Assembly: GCA_038867615.1 (NCBI GenBank)
Contig: JAWBYA010000004.1
Span: 1-64,000, forward strand
DNA: 64,000 nucleotides
Direction: 5' to 3'
DNA from: Sulfolobales archaeon
GTDB lineage: Archaea; Thermoproteota; Thermoprotei_A; Sulfolobales; AG1
The notes below the pieces were generated by a model. It had not been told where the DNA came from, did no database searches, and worked only from the letters and a program-made list of their open reading frames with translations. Shown in pieces: positions 59,816 through 64,000 of the stretch. A program made the position numbers and the translations under genes. Numbering within the stretch: position 1 is the first letter of the stretch; each line of letters begins with the position of its first letter.

Positions 59816-60259
59816 TTGGAGGCTCTCAGACTACCCCCAAGGGTGAAGATCCTTGAGGCTTTAGGGGCTATAGCGGATAACAGGGTTAAGATCGTATCAG
59901 ACCGCGAAGCTATAGTAGTAAGCTCAGAAGGCGATAGGAGTTATAAGGTCTACATAGATCTCGAGGAGAAAGCAGCCTATAGCGATGACAATGGAACCAA
60001 GTTTAGAGGATATGTCGGCTACCCAATAGTAGCGGTTCTAATGATAAAAGGCGCTCTACCCTTCGACGCAAAGATCGCTGAAGCACTGAAGGGTGTCAAG
60101 TGGAGACAGCTTAACGAGAAGTATAAGAGCTACGCCATAGTTGAGGATCTCCTGCTCAGAGAACTAAAAACAAGATCCATAGATCCTGAGTATGTGAAAA
60201 ACTATATCTCAAACACAATGTCAGCCCTAGCCAGGCTTGGTTTGAGGAGAAAAACCTAG
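59816..60259 (+). CDS. Hypothetical protein, co-oriented with gcvT-gcvH
   Basis: 2-nt gap after gcvH, typical codon usage; PPRVKILEALGAIAD, SDDNG, GYP motifs. Confidence 0.75.
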   Translation: MEALRLPPRVKILEALGAIADNRVKIVSDREAIVVSSEGDRSYKVYIDLEEKAAYSDDNGTKFRGYVGYPIVAVLMIKGALPFDAKIAEALKGVKWRQLNEKYKSYAIVEDLLLRELKTRSIDPEYVKNYISNTMSALARLGLRRKT

Positions 60260-60489
60260 GATCGCTGACTATTGGTTTGATGAGAGTAGCTCCTATCAAT
60301 GTTCAAGAGATCTTTTCTACTTGGCTTGGAGTATTTCTTTCTCACAGTTAGGACGAAAACAAACCTATAGCGGAAACAATGCTAGCCATGCCGATAAACC
60401 CGATCTTTTCCAAGAAAGAATATAGAGATCTCTCAAGCCGGTTTCAATAATTTAATGCTCTGTGTATCAACATACAATGGTTTGGAGGC

Positions 60490-61539
60490 TTGAAGCTAAA
60501 GATAATATATGATCAGAGGCACTCGCTACACAGAGATCCTTATGGGAGGCATCCAGAAGATCCTAGGAGGGTTGAGGAGGGCCTAGCAGCTCTCAGAGCC
60601 TCTGAGGCATGGGGATATATAGATCTGGTAAACCCATCCGAGCCTGATTATAGTGTTGCTCTCGTGGTACATGATGAGGAGTATGTGGATCGGATTAAAC
60701 AGGAATCCTCGCTCGGTTTCCACTACATAGACCCGGATACGTATGTGAATGAATATACGTTCGAGATAGCATCGATTTTCGCGACAGCAGCGAGAGAAGC
60801 GGCTCTAAGCTCGATCGCTAGTGGAGAGCCCTACTTTATAATGTCTAGACCCGGAGGACATCATGCTGGGAGGAGGGGTAGAGCTATGGGTGCTCCTACC
60901 CTAGGGTTCTGTATATTTGACTATACATCGATTGCTGCGAAGGCTCTGATCGATAAGGGGTACAGGGTTATGATCCTTGATATAGATGCTCACCATGGCA
61001 ACGGATCCCAGGAGATCCTGTGGCTGGAGCCAAGAGCGCTGCATATAGATATACACCAGACAGGCATATACCCGGGTACTGGTGGTATTTGGAGTATTGG
61101 GGGAGGTGTGGCTAGAGGTACAAAGATCAATATACCGCTCGAAAGAGGCTCTGGGGATAGTGTTTACTCATGGATCTTGAGTCGTGTCATAGAGCCTGCC
61201 AGAAAGATCTATGAGCCTGATTTCCTCATAGTGTTTGCCGGTTTTGATGCACATATGGAGGATCCTCTCACAGGTCTTGAGGTTACCGAGGATACCTATG
61301 CAATGTTTGGAAGCTATGTGGGTAGGCTTCTTGAGAGGGGAGAGATAGCTGGTAGCCTCTCAATCCTTGGTGGGGGTTATGGTGAGGGGGCTATTACGAG
61401 CTTTGTAGCATATGTAGAAGCCATGCTGGGGATCAGGGAGCAGCCTATGATAAGTGAGGAGGAGCCCTCCCCAAGCGTGGTTAGTGCAATACCAGGGATC
61501 ATGGATCTCTTAAGAGATGCTGCTACAAGGATCAAGTAG
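60490..61539 (+). CDS. Histone-deacetylase family (AcuC-like) Zn amidohydrolase
   Basis: HPE, RPGGHHAG, GFC, DIDAHHGNG, YPGTG, AGFDAH, GGGY. Confidence 0.92.
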   Translation: MKLKIIYDQRHSLHRDPYGRHPEDPRRVEEGLAALRASEAWGYIDLVNPSEPDYSVALVVHDEEYVDRIKQESSLGFHYIDPDTYVNEYTFEIASIFATAAREAALSSIASGEPYFIMSRPGGHHAGRRGRAMGAPTLGFCIFDYTSIAAKALIDKGYRVMILDIDAHHGNGSQEILWLEPRALHIDIHQTGIYPGTGGIWSIGGGVARGTKINIPLERGSGDSVYSWILSRVIEPARKIYEPDFLIVFAGFDAHMEDPLTGLEVTEDTYAMFGSYVGRLLERGEIAGSLSILGGGYGEGAITSFVAYVEAMLGIREQPMISEEEPSPSVVSAIPGIMDLLRDAATRIK

Positions 61540-61627
61540 GTTTCTAATGCTTATTAATAGCTTTTCAAGGCTAACGTGTCTTGAGGATCATCCATTCTAT
61601 TAGATTTACTACTTATAATGCTGCCAA

Positions 61628-62428
61628 ATGCACCTAGATCCTGGTGGTGGTTTGAAGGCATATACGCATCCATTAACAGAGAGCGGTAGATCTTCGATAG
61701 TGCCTCCAGGGCCTTATCACTATGGTGTTGAATACATAGCTGTGCATTTAAGGGTGGATAGGGATAAGGCGCAGAGGCTTTTGCCAGGATTTCTCAAGAG
61801 CACCGACGAGGCCTGGGTCTATGTCTCCGATTTTGTTACTGTTCATGGTAATAATACGGATTGGATCTATAGGATGCCTGAGATGACCCAGTATAAAGAG
61901 GCTGCTATAGCCCTCAAGGTTATCTATAATGGGAAGAACTATAACTACTTCCCATTCATGTGGGTTGATAAGGACTGGGCCCTCATAAGGGGGTGGCTGA
62001 ATGGGTATCCAAAAAAGATAGCCGAGATCTCGATGACAAAGATCAACCCGCTAAACCCAGCCCTAGGAGAGGTGGGGAGAGGTGCTAAACTAGGGGGTTA
62101 CTGTAGCAGGCTTGGGAGAAGGCTATTCACCCTCGTAGTAGAGCTTGAGGAAGAGACTAGAGAGATCCCTCTAAGGGGTTTCGGACCAACACTAACCTAT
62201 AGGCATTTCCCAGCCACATATGAGGGGCAGCAGAGCCTCTCAGAGGTCCTTGAGGTTGTTAGGAGCAACTATAGGCTTGGAAAGGCTTGGAGAGGTAGGG
62301 GTGAGGTTGAGATAGGCTATGGTGAGAATGACGAGGTGGAGCTCATAGAGGTTAGAGAGATCCTTGGTGGTTACTATTACACAGCTGGCTTCACGATAGA
62401 GGGAGGTAGGGTGGTGGGTAGGTATTGA
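61628..62428 (+). CDS. Acetoacetate-decarboxylase-like family protein
   Basis: PPGPYHY, QYKEA, MWVD...RG...GYPKK (Schiff-base Lys). Confidence 0.85.
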   Translation: MHLDPGGGLKAYTHPLTESGRSSIVPPGPYHYGVEYIAVHLRVDRDKAQRLLPGFLKSTDEAWVYVSDFVTVHGNNTDWIYRMPEMTQYKEAAIALKVIYNGKNYNYFPFMWVDKDWALIRGWLNGYPKKIAEISMTKINPLNPALGEVGRGAKLGGYCSRLGRRLFTLVVELEEETREIPLRGFGPTLTYRHFPATYEGQQSLSEVLEVVRSNYRLGKAWRGRGEVEIGYGENDEVELIEVREILGGYYYTAGFTIEGGRVVGRY

Positions 62429-63291
62429 GGCTAGCAGTAGCAATATATAACGGTAAGAAGGTCTTCGGCGAGGTTAGGGGTGGATATCTATATATATTTG
62501 GAGAAGGTGATCTGAGAAGATATATAGAGTATAGAGGCGAGCCTAAGGGAGAGTCTGTAAGGATAGATGAGGTAGAGCTCCAACCACCTATGATTAGCTA
62601 TGTAATATGCGTGGTTGTGAACTCGGCTAAAATGCTAGGGCTAGATGATCCTGAGAGGGCTAAGAAAGAGCTTGGTCACCCGAGATTCACTATCAAAACC
62701 CCCAACACACTTGTTGGTCATATGGGGGTGGTGAGAGCCCCTAGGAGTGGGATAAGACCCGAGGTTGAGATAGCCCTTATAACTGCTAAAAGAATAGAGC
62801 GTGGAGGGAGCGTTAAAGAAGGGATCCTCGGATATACTGTTTTTAATGATGTAACAGCATCAGCACTAACTAAGGAGGATGCTTATTACGCCTATAGAAG
62901 GGATCCTGCTACTGGTGAGGTTAAGAGGGAGTATATCAGAGGAGCCCCATTTATAAGGAAGAATAGAGATACCTTCGGCCCCATGGGTCCATGGATCGTT
63001 ACTCCGGACGAGTTCGGCGAATTCGGGGGAAAGGATATGTATTCATCCTTCGAGGGCGAGATGGTTCAGAAGGGATCTAGCGACGAGCTCTTATTCGACG
63101 ATAAGGAGGTGCTAGAATATCTATCAAGCTTCATGACCATAGAAGCTGGAACGATAATTAGTATGGGGAGTATAGGGTATCTCGAGGCTGACAGGGATCA
63201 TAGCGAGTATTTATTGCCAAGTAGAGAGGGCTTTATGGAGGCTGGTGTAGAGGGTATAGGGGTTCTGAAGAACCGGGTTATCTTCGAATAA
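62425..63291 (+). CDS. Fumarylacetoacetate-hydrolase family protein
   Basis: EVE, GYTVFNDVTA, KNRDTFGPMGPWIVT, GIGVLKN. Confidence 0.88.
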   Translation: MRLAVAIYNGKKVFGEVRGGYLYIFGEGDLRRYIEYRGEPKGESVRIDEVELQPPMISYVICVVVNSAKMLGLDDPERAKKELGHPRFTIKTPNTLVGHMGVVRAPRSGIRPEVEIALITAKRIERGGSVKEGILGYTVFNDVTASALTKEDAYYAYRRDPATGEVKREYIRGAPFIRKNRDTFGPMGPWIVTPDEFGEFGGKDMYSSFEGEMVQKGSSDELLFDDKEVLEYLSSFMTIEAGTIISMGSIGYLEADRDHSEYLLPSREGFMEAGVEGIGVLKNRVIFE

Positions 63292-63312
63292 GTATGTTTA
63301 GGCTTTAGCCTT

Positions 63313-63996
63313 CTAGCTATTAATGTAGTAATCCCTATAGCCATGTATCCCTCTAAGGGGTACGAAGACGCATGGTATGTCTCTGGTTATCTCTAGTCTC
63401 CCGTCTTTTTTCTTATTAACTATTGTGAGTATTTGGAGCTCGGGCGATCCCACGGGTATTACAAGCCTTCCTCCTTTTTTCAGCTGCGATATAAGGGGTT
63501 CTGGGATCTTTGGCGATGCTGCTGTAACTATTATTCTCTCATAAGCCTCTCTCTCTACCCCTGTGCCAAGGCTTCCGTCACCAACTATTACTGATACCCT
63601 ATCTATATGCCCCGATCTCCTAAGATTCTCCCTTGCAAACATAGCCAAGCCTGGTATAAGCTCCACGCTAACCACATGTCCACACCCCTTTGACTGTGGA
63701 TCGACAAGCTCTGCCAAGATGGCAGCCTGGTAGCCAGAACCAGTACCGATCTCAAGCACTAAGCTACACTCAGGAGGATTGAGGGCTTCTGTCATTATAG
63801 CAACCATATGGGGGGCTGAGATCGTCTGTCCATAGCCTATTGGGAGGGGTCTGTCTATATATGCATATTTAACCAGATCTCTGGGCACAAAGAGCTCTCT
63901 AGGAACATTCTCAAAAGCTCTCACAACCCTCTCGCTCCTTATATATCCACTAGCTATTAGAGATTCTATCAGCTCCCTCATAACCCAGATCCGCAC
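63313..63996 (-). CDS. pcm: Protein-L-isoaspartate O-methyltransferase
   Basis: VPRELF, GQTISAPHM, LEIGTGSGYQAA, GDGSLG, VTAA, FVPL. Confidence 0.95.
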   Translation of the reverse strand: MRIWVMRELIESLIASGYIRSERVVRAFENVPRELFVPRDLVKYAYIDRPLPIGYGQTISAPHMVAIMTEALNPPECSLVLEIGTGSGYQAAILAELVDPQSKGCGHVVSVELIPGLAMFARENLRRSGHIDRVSVIVGDGSLGTGVEREAYERIIVTAASPKIPEPLISQLKKGGRLVIPVGSPELQILTIVNKKKDGRLEITRDIPCVFVPLRGIHGYRDYYINS

Positions 63997-64000
63997 CCTA

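Overview
64 kb of a hyperthermophilic crenarchaeal (Thermoproteota) chromosome. The assignment rests on Elf1, Spt4/Rpo7, GatD, RFC-S/L, type II GAPDH, GGGP synthase, a class III-signal pilin and many GTG/TTG starts behind GGTG ribosome-binding sites. Most of the window is housekeeping and heterotrophic metabolism: two branched-chain (Liv-type) ABC clusters, PhnDCE, cobamide salvage genes, pgk-gap, carB, metG, glyA, gcvT-gcvH and glgA. I saw no rRNA, tRNA, CRISPR array, transposase or recombinase. The most unusual region is 1-6.6 kb. (i) The livH-M-G-F + dehydrogenase cassette sits between two convergent substrate-binding-protein (SBP) paralogs whose last 137 bp form a perfect inverted repeat. 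(ii) The operon-proximal SBP lacks its membrane anchor, and a matching promoter + anchor + Thr-linker piece lies next to it on the opposite strand. Flipping about 440 bp would fuse them in frame, so this is a candidate nested inversion switch. Also found: a dispersed non-autonomous element family resembling tnpB 3'/omegaRNA tails (3 long copies, 2 fragments), a canonical C/D-box guide sRNA, and genes that seem to need near-cognate start codons or a frameshift. All calls come from reading the sequence by eye; no database searches were run.
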